From: Marsupella aquatica
Taxonomy: Eukaryota > Plantae > Marchantiophyta
NCBI GenBank assembly: GCA_973895155.1
Contig: OZ316898.1
Span: 7,985,079-8,049,078, forward strand
DNA: 64,000 bases
Direction of reading: 5' to 3'
Shown here piece by piece: positions 1 through 13,153 of the stretch. The stretch's first letter is position 1; every line of letters starts with the position of its first letter. The position numbers and the translations under genes are program-made. The notes beneath the pieces are model-generated. The model did not search any database, was not told the origin of the DNA, and was given only the letters and a program-made list of their open reading frames with translations.

Positions 1-58
1 TCACCAAAACTATCATCATGAGGAAAACCTCCAGCAGCTGCATTATCTGGACCAACAA

Positions 59-2410
59 ATGCTGGGACACAAAATGTTTTACCCACATTCTCCCTTTCCT
101 CCTCTGGCTCTTCCGCCATCACCACCCCCCTCCTCCTCAGAGACGAGTACCTGCAGCATAATTCATCAAACCGTTCGAGACAAAGCGATAGCGAACGACT
201 ACCTGAAGCGGGAGCTCAATAGTAGCAGCAGCGGCGGCCTGGAAGCGATAGCAGCTGTAGCTCCTCACGAAGTCCTAGACGGAAGAGGAGATGCACAGCT
301 GTTAGGAGCAGCTTCTCCCCAGATTTTAGACCATCGCAGTAGTGTTGTTGATGCTTTCCACGAGACCGGTGAATTGGGATGCGTGGTACTCGGGGCAAGG
401 AGACACTTATCTTGGGGAGTTGTTCACGATGAGGAGCAGCAGCAGCAGCAGCAGCAGCATCGAGGCTTTCACAACCAGACCAGTGACAATGCTGGTCTTG
501 CGAATGTCATTCCTCCCCCGCCCTTTACTCCCATTCATGATGTCCTGTCTCCTCCGTGTTCACCAATGGCTAGTCCTGCAATGCCGCCCTCTCCAGACTG
601 CAAAGTGCCAGAGCCACGGTCGGTGCTGGACTTGGCTACGAGCCCTCGCCCCAGCATACGTCATTCTGCTGCTGCCATTCATCCCTGCTATGACTTTGGG
701 GTCAGCTCGCTGGGAGGAGGAGGAGAAGGTGGTGCTGGTGGTTTGCCCAGTCCCGCCCTTCTAAATGCCGCGGATGATGATTTCCTCGCTGAATTCCAAC
801 GACGGGACTCTTCTTCAGCAGCGCAGCTGTTGGGCCTTGACGAAGACGATGAAGACTCGTCACAACGGGATCCTCCCGCAAAATCCACCATTGACTGGCT
901 TCAGGAAACGAGCCAATTGTGGATGGATTCGCTCATGGACGACCTCACAGAAACTCCAGTCCATTCTTCTTCTCTTCCTCGACTTGACGAGGAGGAGGAC
1001 TTCGGAGATGAAGCTCGTACTGACACTCCATCGTCTTCGACTCCTTGCCCTTCTGAATTATGTCATACGAGTCCCAGTTTCGATCAAGAGCAGAGCGAGT
1101 ACCAAGGTGACGACGACGACGACGAAGAAGAAGAAGAAGTGGAGGAAATCTCCTTCAGGAAACGAGGGGGAGGAAGAGGAAGAGGAACAACTGACTTTTG
1201 TTCTGCAGCAACAGCAGCAGCAGAGAAGGATTCGTCGACCACCTTGAGAGAGTCCAATCGGAATGGCGTCCCCAACCGTGAATCGGAACACAAACTAGTG
1301 AACTTGCTGCTGGGCTGCGCGGAGGCAGTGTCCACCGGGAGTTTGAGTCTGATAAATCCACTCTTCGCTCAGCTCGGCGAGCTGGCGTCTCCGGAGGGAA
1401 CCTCCATGCAAAGGATAGCCGCCTATTTCACGGAAGCTCTAGCAATCCGATGCATACGTCTCTGGCCACAAATCTACCAACCTCTGCCGCACAATCTCGA
1501 GCTCTCCGAGGAAGACTGCGTCTCAGCTTTCCACGTTCTCAACCACGTCAGTCCTTACATAAAATTCGCTCATTTCACAGCCAACGACATCATTCTGCAG
1601 GCGTTCGAAGGATGTGACCGTGTGCATGTGATCGACTTCGATATCAAGCAGGGGCTCCAGTGGCCAGCATTGTTTCAGAGTCTAGCTGCTCGCCCGGGTG
1701 GGCCTCCGTCTCACGTTCGAGTCACGGGGGTTGGAGAGTACAAGGAGGACGTCCAGGACACCGGTGATCGGCTGGCAGAGTTCGCAGAAGCTCTGAATCT
1801 CGCATTTGAGTTCCATGCCGTAATTGACAAGCTAGAGGACGTAAGGCTGTGGATGCTCCATGTGAAGGAGAAGGAGACAGTAGCAGTGAACTGCATGCTC
1901 CAGCTTCATCGAGCTCTGCAGGACTCGGAGAACGGAATTAGGGAGTTGCTTGGTTTGATCACGAGTACCAAGCCCAAGGTCGTTGCAGTGGTGGAGCAAG
2001 AGGCGAGTCACAACGGGCGGTTCTTAGAAGGCAGGTCTCCTCGCTTTCTAGAAGCTTTGCAGTACTATGCAGCACTCTTCGACTCCCTGGACTCGACCAT
2101 GCCGCCCCAAAGCAAGGCCAGGAAAAAGGTGGAGCAGTTCTTTGCACGGGAGATCCGCAACATTCTGGCGTGCGAGGGGCCCGAGAGAACAGAACGCCAC
2201 GAGGGGGTTGGGATATGGCGCTTGCACATGGAGAGGGGAGGATTCCAGAGTGTACCCATGAGTAAGCGGGCGAGAACGCAAGCGGAGCTCTTGCTCGAAA
2301 TGTACGGGTGCAAGAGCTACACCATTTCAGAGGATGAGGATGCTCTCATTCTCGGGTGGCAAACCCGTTCTCTCTTCACGGCCTCCGGTTGGGCTCCCAA
2401 GTTGTTGTAA
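59..2410 (+). CDS. GRAS transcription factor, SCL28/DLT-like subfamily, intronless
   Basis: 783-aa ORF with a disordered acidic, polyQ-containing N-terminus. GRAS motifs: LLLGCAEAV, VHVIDFDIKQGLQWPALFQSLA, LEDVRLWMLHVKE (SCL28/DLT-like), RFLEALQYYAALFDSL, C-terminal ASGW. Confidence 0.93.
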   Translation: MLGHKMFYPHSPFPPLALPPSPPPSSSETSTCSIIHQTVRDKAIANDYLKRELNSSSSGGLEAIAAVAPHEVLDGRGDAQLLGAASPQILDHRSSVVDAFHETGELGCVVLGARRHLSWGVVHDEEQQQQQQQHRGFHNQTSDNAGLANVIPPPPFTPIHDVLSPPCSPMASPAMPPSPDCKVPEPRSVLDLATSPRPSIRHSAAAIHPCYDFGVSSLGGGGEGGAGGLPSPALLNAADDDFLAEFQRRDSSSAAQLLGLDEDDEDSSQRDPPAKSTIDWLQETSQLWMDSLMDDLTETPVHSSSLPRLDEEEDFGDEARTDTPSSSTPCPSELCHTSPSFDQEQSEYQGDDDDDEEEEEVEEISFRKRGGGRGRGTTDFCSAATAAAEKDSSTTLRESNRNGVPNRESEHKLVNLLLGCAEAVSTGSLSLINPLFAQLGELASPEGTSMQRIAAYFTEALAIRCIRLWPQIYQPLPHNLELSEEDCVSAFHVLNHVSPYIKFAHFTANDIILQAFEGCDRVHVIDFDIKQGLQWPALFQSLAARPGGPPSHVRVTGVGEYKEDVQDTGDRLAEFAEALNLAFEFHAVIDKLEDVRLWMLHVKEKETVAVNCMLQLHRALQDSENGIRELLGLITSTKPKVVAVVEQEASHNGRFLEGRSPRFLEALQYYAALFDSLDSTMPPQSKARKKVEQFFAREIRNILACEGPERTERHEGVGIWRLHMERGGFQSVPMSKRARTQAELLLEMYGCKSYTISEDEDALILGWQTRSLFTASGWAPKLL

Positions 2411-2580
2411 CAACTCATTCCACATGGCGGAAAGGTTTGAAGCTCGGTTTCTCCTCAATTGTACACTTACATAATTACGAAGAAGCAAGAATTGCATTGC
2501 ATACCAGGCGGAATTGGGCTCTGTCGCTCGGGGGAGTTAAGTTAGTTGTATATAGGCAGCGAGAAGAAGGGCACAGGAAG

Positions 2581-2825
2581 GACCTTCCTTCCAGCTTGGA
2601 CGCTGAAGTTGTAGACAGTCAGAAAGAGGCACTTCAACTTCAATTGTGGTCTCTCAATCTCTAGAAAAAATTCTGGTCTCAATCTCGAGGAGGACATCAA
2701 AGTAGGCTGACTTTATCGACCTTCATCCCAGCTTGGACTCTGAAGCTGTAGACAGTTAGAAAGAGGAACGTCGAGTCCAATTGTGGTCTCTCAATCGGAC
2801 ATTAAGGCAGGCTGACTTGATTGAC
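2581..2825. repeat. Diverged tandem duplication (~140-bp spacing) downstream of the GRAS gene
   Basis: GACCTTC..CCAGCTTGGAC.CTGAAG.TGTAGACAG...CAATTGTGGTCTCTCAAT starts at 2581 and again at 2719. Confidence 0.8.
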
Positions 2826-4087
2826 TAAAGAGGTTGCAAGCTTGGGCTGACACTCAAGCTGAAGGAGATTGGAAGAAACACGGCGAAGAAAGGATGTGCC
2901 ACCAAAGCTGCATTTTCTTCCACAAGAACCGCACAGAATGCTACTAATTAGAAATTGTGATGATCAGTATGGTAAGGTTTGATTTTCATGTGGGAATGAG
3001 GATAATTGTCTACCCCCGATCATTACATCCGATCATTACATTTAGACAGACATAGACGACCTCGATCGATTATTTTTTTCTCTGCTATTGAGACAGATAG
3101 ATACAATTTTTTACGCCCTCATTCATCATTATTTCATTCATTCATTGTAATATGATTTTAGTGATCTGAAGCCCGACATTTGTAAAAGTGCAGCTTATTC
3201 CATGTACAGCATTTGGTGCTGAGTCCGCTCCTCTCTGCAAATCTGTTTCCTAGTTTGGCAAACGCGTTTCATATCCTTCCATTAAAATTCATGCACAGAT
3301 TCGATGATGGAGATCAATTCGCACGAAGCTGATAGATGAAATCTTGCGCGAGAAATTTTTCGTTGCGTTACTCTCCGGCCATTGGAAACAGATACTCAAC
3401 TCTCTCGCACTAGTCAAGTTTTTGGTATTGATCGTATATCCTGATCATTACATGAGAATCAAATTATCATGAGCTCGAATTCATCTCAATGCTAGTCGCA
3501 GGGACTTTGCTTCAACTTTCACACAACGATTGCTATCTCACATTCTCCAGAACACCACGAGAAATCGATTGTGTATGGCCCGGTCAACTCGAGCGCCTTT
3601 ATCCCCACCAAGTTTTGGCTAAATGAGTCAAAATGAAATGGCTGCTGCAATCTTCAACAGCTCTTTCCACTAGTACAAAGATTCCTTGTCCCAGCCATCT
3701 ACTGTACTTTGGGACTTGCAACGACCAAATAGCATTGAGCTGGAATCCGAACGGGCTTGATGCGCACAGGTACTAGGATGTCAGGCCCGGTCACCCTTGC
3801 ACTGTACCCGTACCCTGGTCCATGCTGCCATCTTCCTGGCTCTGTTTTTACTTGTTTTGCCCGCAGGCAGTACGTGGGTTTATGAGGGCTTTACTAGGAA
3901 GTTTACTAGGAAACAAACTCCAATGCTCTGTAGATTCGCGCCCCTGTTGCTACGTCCATTCCCTGCCAGTAATCTGATCCTTGGATTGCAACGGTTCGTC
4001 GGCCAACCAGATATGACGGCCCACAACACCGATTAGGACCGACTTGGCGCACGTCTGCCTGTGGAAAAGCTTGACCTTACCCAGGAA

Positions 4088-6287
4088 CCCAGTTTGGACT
4101 TGTCGGACAAATAGGACGATTTGGTGCGACAAATGACATATGTAGTCCCGGTCGATCCCGGTCAATCCCGGGGTGACAGGGTCGGGCCGGGAGCAGGGGA
4201 GAGCCGGGGAATATAAATTTTGCATAAATGGAAGAGAATACACATTTACAATACCTTTTGAAGTCTCATGTACGGCTTCTAAAAAATAAGGATTCTGTGA
4301 AACATTGAATGCAATACCACTTGTACGTGTAGAAAGATTTTGCACAAAGTTTGCCCAAATGTATATGCTCTATGTGGAATTTGATAAACATCCATAATTG
4401 GGTTGGAAAGACTTTGTGCCCTAGCCATATGAGTCATAGTTGGTTCATTCTCCATTTGAAAATGGTTTGACTCTCGTGTGGATGCTTGTGAATTGGAAGT
4501 TCCAATATCTGGTCTGCGACCCCTTACATTCCGCAAGATATGGGTTCCATCCCCTTTGTTTGTAGTTGATGTTTTGTTAAAGTTTAGTAACATTGTACAT
4601 TTTATTGATTTTATACAACTCCACATGACCATAGAGTCCTATGCACGGTGGTGCATTCCCTTTAATGATGTTTCCCATCAAATGTGTCTTTGCTCGTGTT
4701 GCATGAAAAGTACTATATGTTTTATAAAACTTGCATTTTTGATAGATATGGTTACATCATTAGATGTTAACGACGCATCACATTGTTCAAAATATTTCCA
4801 CATCATAGAAAATTTTGCACCATTCTCCCGTGAATGATTTGCTCCATGCCTAGGGATAGTGGAATGATATCCAGATTCACCGGACTCATCCTCATCGAAA
4901 TACATCATTGTAAAGAAAAATGTCTATACAAAGATCAAACTCTGTAGTCTCTATCGTCAATAGAATGGGAGTGTGATCTCCTCTCCAACGCACATTGAAT
5001 TTACATAAATACAATATTACAAAATAAATATTTGTTCCATGTCAAAAATCATATAGCACATACCATGAAAGCCAAACAACAAACATATTTCACAACATTT
5101 TTAGGTCCCTAAACTTTATAACTATTATTTTCATTCTTTTTATGTTTGGTTGTAACAAATATAAATGAGTAGGACACTTTGATGAATTACCGTAACCTAA
5201 GCCGAGGCTCCAAGATTATGCACCATTGTTTCCTGATCTCTCATACTTGCTTACATCCCTACTTTGTCCTAAGTTATAGAATATGTATAACTTAACAATC
5301 ATTTATTTATAAAGCTAAAATATACAAAAATCAAAGACCGAGCCAAGGCTCCAAGCCTACACATATGAGTTTCTCTATCCTCTAAAAAAATTTGCTTAGT
5401 AAAGAAATAACGTCAAGTTGTTAATGCAATATAAAGAACTCTTATACAAAATATCCCAAGCCCAGCCGAGGCTCCAACCCCACGCGTACAAGAATTCTTA
5501 TATATCCCTCCATTACAATACGAAGGAAGAGAGATCATTACAAGACCCTAAAACTAAGAAGAATTTCAAAGCTTACCTCTTTACTTTGTCTCATCCTAGG
5601 TTGTGATAATAGTACAATGATAGAAATTGTATAACATCTCCCCTTTTATTCCCTGGTATTGACCCCTCTTCCCGGCAAATGAGGCATTTCAAGCCTTAAT
5701 TTTTGGTCGACCTTGCCCTAATCCCGGCCGCCCCACCCTTAACCCTAATCTCGGCCGCCCCACGACCCCAAACCCTAATCCCAGTTTCCCCGCCAATTCC
5801 CGGTCCCCTTATTCCCGGCCCCCGCCCCGACCCCACAGACCGCCCGGACCCCCACAACCCCCCGACCCCACCCCCTGCCCCAACCCTCCCTGGCTCGGCC
5901 TCTTCCCCCCAGACCTCCCCTCCTTCCTGGCCCCACTCCTCGTCTCGACCCCACCCCCCGGCCGGTCCTCCCGGACCTCCCCTACCCCCCGGCCCTGACC
6001 CTACACTGGGTCGGCTCACTTAACCGGGGGAGTTCGGGACTCGGCCGGGAGATTTTGGGACCGGGCCGAGAGACTTTTTGACCTAGCCAAGAGGGTCGGG
6101 ACAGTGTGGGACTCGGCTGGGAGGGGTTGGGAGAATTTGAGACCAGGCCGGGGGTGGGTCAGGAATTTTTTGTCCCGACCGGGGAATATAAGGGAATATT
6201 GGCCCAATAGACCGTTTTTGGGCGGACAAGTTGTCATTTGTCGTGTCGGACAAGTAGACGACATCTTGTCCGACAATGAAAACCCAG
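4088..6287 (-). mobile_element. Internally deleted hAT DNA transposon with 8-bp TSD
   Basis: CCCAGGAA flanks both ends (4080-4087, 6288-6295). Imperfect terminal inverted repeats (TIRs) share TTGTCGGACAA and CGACAAATGACA. Transposase remnants lie on the minus strand. Confidence 0.82.
4250..4908 (-). pseudogene. hAT transposase N-terminal remnant
   Basis: Frameshifted fragments SMMWKYFE and GDGTHILRNV (BED-finger-like), and SGIAFNVSQNPYFLEAV (resembles the GIPFN..SPYF motif of plant hAT transposases). Confidence 0.6.
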
Positions 6288-6542
6288 CCCAGGAATGTCA
6301 GAAATGAAATTCAATGCCAACATTCTCCCAAATTCCAAGGAGAATTAACTAATGTAAAAGTACACTACCGACATTTTGAGGATGGGTGACCTCTCTCAAA
6401 CCAAGCCGTTTGTGAAACTCTGGATTTTCTCCATTTTTTGAAGTCGCCCATCCCCAAATACCAAAAATGACCTTTACAGGCACCAAAATTGCCAATTGTT
6501 TTTTTTTCTAGGCTTTGGACATTCAATACCATCTATGAGTTG

Positions 6543-7574
6543 ACCACACGTTAAATCTACACCGCATTAATGCTCCCCAATTGTCTTGGGGCCCCGTACA
6601 TTGCCCATCCCAGTCCCCAATATTGCTGCCCGCTCCAGCCCGAGCTTGCCAGAACATAAACTAAGACTCTATCATTTTGTCACTCGCTCCGACCCGATTA
6701 ACATTGTGCCATTGACTTTAGGTTTATGTTTTGGCACCCTTCACTTTTTGTTGCTTGCTCCGGCCCGATCAACTTTGTGCCTTCAACTTCTTCCTTGTGG
6801 AGTTGTGGTTTATGTCCTGGCAACATTTTTGTCCAACAAAGTCATGCTTACAGAGTCTAAGTGTTCAAGTATAGCCTAGTACTTTGGTGAAGAATCATGA
6901 TTGATAGTCTTGGTCGTTGTTCTGCCAAATGTTTTCTCTATGGAATTGTGGTTTATGTTTTGACAACACTTCTTTCCAATTGAGTGAGTCACCTTTGTTT
7001 CATAATAGAGTCTAAGTGTTCAGGCAAAGCTTAGTACTTTGGATAAGCGTCATGATTAATGATAGAGTATTGGTTTATGTTGTGTACTTTTTTCCAATTG
7101 AGTGAGTCACCTTTGTTTCATAATAGAGTCTAAGTGTTCAGGCAAAGCTTAGTACTTTGGATAAGCGAATGATAGAGTATTGGTTTATGTTGGGTACTTC
7201 TTTCCAATTGAGTGAGTCACCTTTGTTTCATAATAGAGTCTAAGTGTTCAGGCAAAGCTTAGTACTTTGGATAAGCATCATGATTAATAATAGAGTATTG
7301 GTTTATGTTGTGGCAAACTTGGGCCGGTGCAGGCAACAACAATGGGGACTTGGGCCGCAGCGAACGAAAGCAAATGAAGGGCGCCAGAACATAAACCCAA
7401 AGTCAACGATACAAAGTTGATATAGCCAGAGCAGGTGACAAAATGATAGAGTTGTGGTTTATGTTCTGGCAAACTCGGGCTAGAGCAAGCACCAACATCA
7501 GGGACTGGGACAGGCAATATACGGGCCCCAGGACAATTGGGGAGCATTAACGCAGTGTAAATTTAACACAAGGT
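6543..7574. mobile_element. Non-autonomous Mutator-like foldback element with ~230-bp TIRs and 9-bp TSD
   Basis: 6543-~6775 is an inverted copy of ~7320-7574. Flanks are TATGAGTTG (6534-6542) and TACGAGTTG (7575-7583). Confidence 0.85.
6970..7310. repeat. Three ~110-120-bp tandem units inside the foldback element
   Basis: TTTCCAATTGAGTGAGTCACCTTTGTTTCATAATAGAGTCTAAGTGTTCAGGCAAAGCTTAGTACTTTGGATAAGC occurs three times. Confidence 0.9.
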
Positions 7575-8306
7575 TACGAGTTGCATTCGCTTCAATAGGT
7601 CCACTGGCTCGACACTTGATTCCTTCAGAAGGTTAACCACCATTCAAAGAGTGGCAGAACAAAAAGATGCACAAATACGTGAACGTCTCACGATGAACGG
7701 ATCAATATAACCCTCCGAACTTAAGCTTTGACTTTGAAACGTGAAAAATGAAACCTCAGCTTAGTTATTATCAAAATACAATCACACTGAAGTTCCATTC
7801 CAATGAGATATAGCCATCGATCAAAATTCGGTGATCACCTCTGGACCAGTCTCAACAAGTAGAACACAGAACATCCCGCGTTCTGTATCTACGTTGCTAG
7901 CAGGAGTGACCTGGGACTAAACGTGAAGTAGCTTCTCAATCGAACAATTTTGGTACAAATAATGGAAGTCCCTACGAGACATCTCTGAAGGTTTACCTAT
8001 CACAACCTTCTTTCAACTCCTCTTAAAAAGCGTAAGAGGATTTCTGGTTCCTGTACATCACACTGGTGTTTGCTGTTGTTGATATTTCTGACAATAGTTC
8101 CCTCTAATTTTGATTCATTCAACCCATCTCTTGACAGCGGGGATCAATACCACTTAAAGATTCAGCATCGCACACATTGTGCTGCTCGGAGCAGGGCGTA
8201 TTGCACCATTCCTGCAATACGTATTGCAGGATTTTGCAAGAGAATTCCAAAAGAGGGAATGGTCCTTCTATAATAATTACTGAAGTTCGCAGCAGGAAAA
8301 AGAACA

Positions 8307-10827
8307 TCAGGAACTATCCATGCTCTGGTCCATAACAAGACTGCTGTTCACTGGTTGGTCCTGTCTGACGGCTCCAAATACAAAATTGCTGGAGACCATA
8401 GGGCTGCTTCCAGAGCCGAATTGAAAATGTGTAGGACCTGTCGTGTTTGAGGTTGGGGAGAAACTGAATAGAGGAACTTGGCTGCTTACGGGGGTCTGAG
8501 TTGGATAACCAAATCCGAAGGCCACCCCACTCGGAGTGTTCAGCATGGGCGCATGCGTAACAGAATTTCCAAACACTTCCACCTCATACTCCCGTAGTTG
8601 CTGGGCAACAGCTGCAAACTCAAATACAAGATTCAGGTATTGAGGGAATTCTTCAGCCTATGAAACGTATGCATGGACTCCCTAAACCGGCAATGTCAAA
8701 ACAATCAGGCCCAGAAAGTGCTGCTGAGCTAATAGGAATGCAGAAAAGGGAAATACACAGAAGACCGCTTGTAGGTCCATGGAGGGTAGAGAGACAAGAA
8801 TCTACTAAATGAAGCAAAATCGGAACAAGAGTATCATGTAGCGATGAAAATCATACCAGTAGTTAAATTTATGGAAGGTCTGCGATCCTTCACCCACTGA
8901 TAACATTCTGACAAGCGCCAGCGCTTATGCCGCATCAAATACGCAATCACTACTGCAGGTGATCTGATTGAAACAAGAAAGCAGTGAGCATTCAAAAATA
9001 AACTGACTATGAAGTATAAGCCCCAACAAGTAGCCGACCTACACAACTTCCACGCTAGGGCTAGGGAGACACCTGTTTTGTCCAGACATGCAATGCACCA
9101 ACACTCTTGCTTTATCCAGCCTGCTTTGTTCTGCGCAGGAACGGAGCACAACTGTTATGAATGTCAATTGACTTGGTCTGCCTGTTCAGTACTGAAAATA
9201 TGCTCATCTAGAACCTCACCATAGTCTCTGACATGCACGAACAATCCTGCGGACGAGAGATACCAATGCACTCCACTCGACTAGATGCTGTGACCTTCAA
9301 CTTGACCAGGTTCTCGAAGATAAGAAAACCACTACTCTCGACGCCTGGTAAAATTACCAATATATTGGACGCACTCATCCAGCGGCAACGTTTTCTCTTC
9401 CTTGAGACTGTAGTATGTAAATGAATTCTTGTACAGGTTCTGACATGCAGGTACAGTCTGCACAAGACAAAACGAACATATCATTCAAACTGCACACAGG
9501 ATCGTTCATTGCTTGGCTGCATTCTGGTCATTCAATTTTCACTACATCCACATACATGCTCACGTATAATAAGAGAACATCGCTCTGTAGACTGTAAGAA
9601 AGTCAGAGACAATGGGCAATACCGAGTCCATCATTTTCCTGCCTGGAGCAGCTCTAAGGATGTAGTAAATGCCCATCTACTAGAAAAGTGGGAGATATGA
9701 CGACAATAGGACGAGAATCTAGCTGAATTTAGCGGTTAAGAACAGAACATCGAAATCATTCACTATCCCTGTCAACTTCCTCGAGAAATTGGAAGCCAAA
9801 TTAAGTGCACCCCGTTAAAAATGAGTTATCTTGTCGAGGTGGTTACTTAGGTACTACTGATTGTTCGACATAAGCGAGAAGGCCTTACGATGCAATGAGG
9901 TGCCTAAAGGATTCCACAAGATCATACAGGTTGAATTCTTCATTTTCGACGTACTAGAATGCGAAGACCGACCGAAATATACCTTCTGATCACCAGTCCC
10001 GTCGGATGAGAACGATCCAGCTACTCTTACTTCCAACCGGAAATACCATTCACTGATCAAAACCTTCATAGCTTTTGGGCACAAAGTAGCCATTGTGCAT
10101 GAAGGAAACTTATTGAATATTAAGCACTGTCGACGCGCACGAACTACGCGAAGGAAGGTGAGGGGGGAGTCTATTGCACGAACAAAATTCCTACAACATA
10201 GAAGGCCTTAATATTGTTTATATTGTTAAGTTGCCTGTTAGTCCATCCGCAAACTCACGACCATCGGTCTTGGCGCATTAATCCGTTACATGGAAGCCAT
10301 TTAGAATTCGTCATGACGCAACTGTGAGCACAGAAGAAGCCACCACTTCCGGCCGTAGCCAGAGTCGAGATTTCAGTATCACCTGAAGTACCTCAAGCAA
10401 ATAGAGAGACAACTCTCCATGAAAATAAGAGAACGGACAAGAGAGGAACAGAGAAGGAATGTTCAGTTGCAAATCCAGGGGCAGCGATAGAGCTCTCGTT
10501 AAACAGAGGGCTTTAAAAGAGGTCAACGTTAGGAAGTAGATCTACCTCACGAAAGAAAAACTTAAAAGTGACAGTGGGAAGCAGAGGACATACGTTCAGT
10601 ATACGAGTGATGCCCTGGGCCTTCAGAAGCTCTGCTCTAGATGCATTATCGTAGCTGCCCAGGTACAAAAACGCGGGTAAAATTTCGGTGGAAAATGCGC
10701 TCTGCTGCGGGCCCTTTTCCGTGGCTTCTTGTAATCGATGACCGCAGATGCCACAGACCTCTCCATCCTCGAACTTATGGTAATGTCCACACACAAAGCA
10801 CGGATTTTCTCTCTCCCTCTTCCGCAT
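8307..10827 (-). CDS. IBR5: Dual-specificity (MAPK) phosphatase IBR5; exons 10827-10594, 9457-9358, 9130-9073, 8963-8857, 8611-8307
   Basis: N-terminus MRKRERENPCFVCGHYHK and LYLGSYDNASR match IBR5. GT-AG splicing with consistent phases rebuilds the catalytic VLVHCMSGQNRSPAVVIAYLM. Confidence 0.93.
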
Positions 10828-12029
10828 GATTGTTACTGTTCCAAAATTCAAATCGCTTTTAACCCAGCAACATGCACTTATTCTCCCTTCGTGTTAAGAT
10901 CTCGACGTCAAGATCCCCGGCCGGACTATGACCCTAACTTGACTAGAATATTTTGACGTCACTCCACAATACTACCCAACTGGCTCTCTGAATTCAATTC
11001 CTGTCCGAACCCTAATTTATCTCCACTCTCCCGTCACTCCAATCCGAACCAATCTAATCCAATTCAATCCCTGACAATCCACAAGCGCTCGATCCGCTTC
11101 CCACGTTCAAATCATCCAGTGCCGATTTCATACACGATCTGCCACTCCTGAGCCTGAATGTCAAACAACTCCAGACTAAATCTGCGTACTAGACGCAAAT
11201 TTTCTAAGAGCTTCGTTCAAATCCTCTCCATTTCAAGCTCCAAATCTGCCTCCGAATCTCCGTCCTCCCTCCCTCCTCTCCTCTCCTCTCCTCTCCCCCC
11301 AAACAACAAACACATTCGCAAGCAAATTTTCGCCCCGACCACTTTCGAAGGTCCGTACACCACCACCACTCCTGCAATCTCCTCCCGTCCCACCGACCAC
11401 CCAACTCCTTGATTGCGTCCGTTCCTCCTTCGCCTCCTCCTCCTCCCTCCTCACTTCCTCTCCGAATCCTCATCCATCCTCCATGGCAGGACCTCTACCT
11501 CCAGCCAGATCATCACAACCTCGCAAAAGAACAGATTATCGCCTGGGCCCGTTCCCGACCGATACGACTGGACCGCACCCCTCCTCCCTCTACGCAGTCC
11601 GTCCCGTCTAGCCCCAAACTCTCTCGCACGGTCAGGTCACTTCACTTCATTTCCCCGCTGCCTCCCTTCCTTGCCTGCCTGCCTGCCTGCCTTCCTGCCT
11701 CGCCTGCCACCGTCGGCAGACCCCCCTCGTAATCCAGTAGAGGTGTACGTACCTCTGCTGCAGCAACGGCAGAATTGTCGTCCCTTACTGACATTGACCG
11801 ACCGGACTAACAACACCAAAAAGCGCATCACCCCCCCTGGCCCCCTCTCTGTACAGACGGTACTGTTTCTCGTAACGTAATTCAGTAAACTCTTTCACGA
11901 CAAAAAAAGACAAACTACTAAAAGCGCATCACCCTGCTGTCGCTGCTCACCAGCAAAGGGGGCAAGGGGCTGACCACTGGCAGAGCAACGACGAGCCAGC
12001 AAAACTCCGCGCACGCCCGACGACACCAC

Positions 12030-12275
12030 CAGCAGAGCCGAGCCGAGCCGAGCCGAGCAGAGCAGGGACCAGGGAGGAAACCAACAGAAACGCAACAACA
12101 CTACAATTCACTCAAACACGCCAAACACCAACCCTTTCATCAGAGTACAAAAACGGGACAGAGAAACATCAAATTAAATCAAATCCAATCCAATCAAATC
12201 AAATCAAATCAAGAGGAGGAGAAGGACGTCGAGGAGTAGGAGCAGAGCAGAGCAGAGCAGAGCAGAGCAGAGCAG
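12030..12275. repeat. Pentanucleotide microsatellites (AGCCG)n, (AAATC)n, (AGCAG)n upstream of IBR5
   Basis: Directly visible simple repeats in the probable 5'UTR/promoter region. Confidence 0.85.
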
Positions 12276-13153
12276 GAGGAGGCAGGCGGGAGCGACGAAG
12301 AAGCTCCCACGGCGACCCAGGGTGCCGACCGGAGCAAGCAAAGCAAAATTGAGCAACGAAGACGCAGTGAGGAGGAGCGAAGGAGCAGAGGGTTCTGACG
12401 CTCTCCCCTTCCTTTCTTTTTGCTTCGAGAGAAGGAAGAGTGAGAGCACCGTATGAAAGAACGAGAAAAGCGAAAGGGGAACTGTACATTAATGCTATAC
12501 GATACAATAAAATACAATACAAAGGGTCCCATGCCCCCCACGAAACCTCAAAGGCGGTCCATGAAACCGGCTTGGCTGGCCTTCCCTTCCCTTTCCCTTC
12601 CTTGAGGCACGCCCAGTGAAAACTCACTGGTGTTAGATGCCCCTATTACCTTAGTAGTAACTAGCCTGGTACTAGTTCCTTGAATGTAAAAGGTCAAATA
12701 GAGACTAAGACCAAAACACAAGTACTAGAAAATAAATAAATTATGCTCGTTCCCATTAATCTTTGCCCCCTCCCTGTTTTTTTTCCATCTTCAGTTTCAA
12801 TTCTGTTCTTATTGAGAGTTACTGTCTAGAGGCTTGACTCTAGACCATAGCCCTGGAAAGTAGTGTTTTACTAGTAAGATTAGGTTTATGCAAACAAACA
12901 AAATGAAATTAAAGATGATGGCACCCAGTGCAGAAATGTGGAGTTCTGAAATTGGTGGGCTGGAAAAATGTGTGGCATGTTTTGGGAAAAGGGGAGGAAA
13001 ATAAACTCCAACACGACAGCCTGATCATTGGTGGTATTTGACCGAGTACCATAGCTGTAATTACATTTCTACAATGATGTTCTAAAATTGGAGGGCTGAG
13101 AAAATATGTGGCACATTTTGGGAAACGGGAGTAAATTAATTCCATAAATTACA

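Noticed and set aside
5696-6307. Pro/Gly-rich ORFs
   Set aside because: Low-complexity by-products of the GC-skewed tract inside the hAT element.
6586-7547. Pair of similar ORFs on opposite strands
   Set aside because: They are translations of the two TIRs.
11158-12627. Many overlapping ORFs upstream of IBR5
   Set aside because: Microsatellite-rich UTR or promoter sequence with no recognisable domains.
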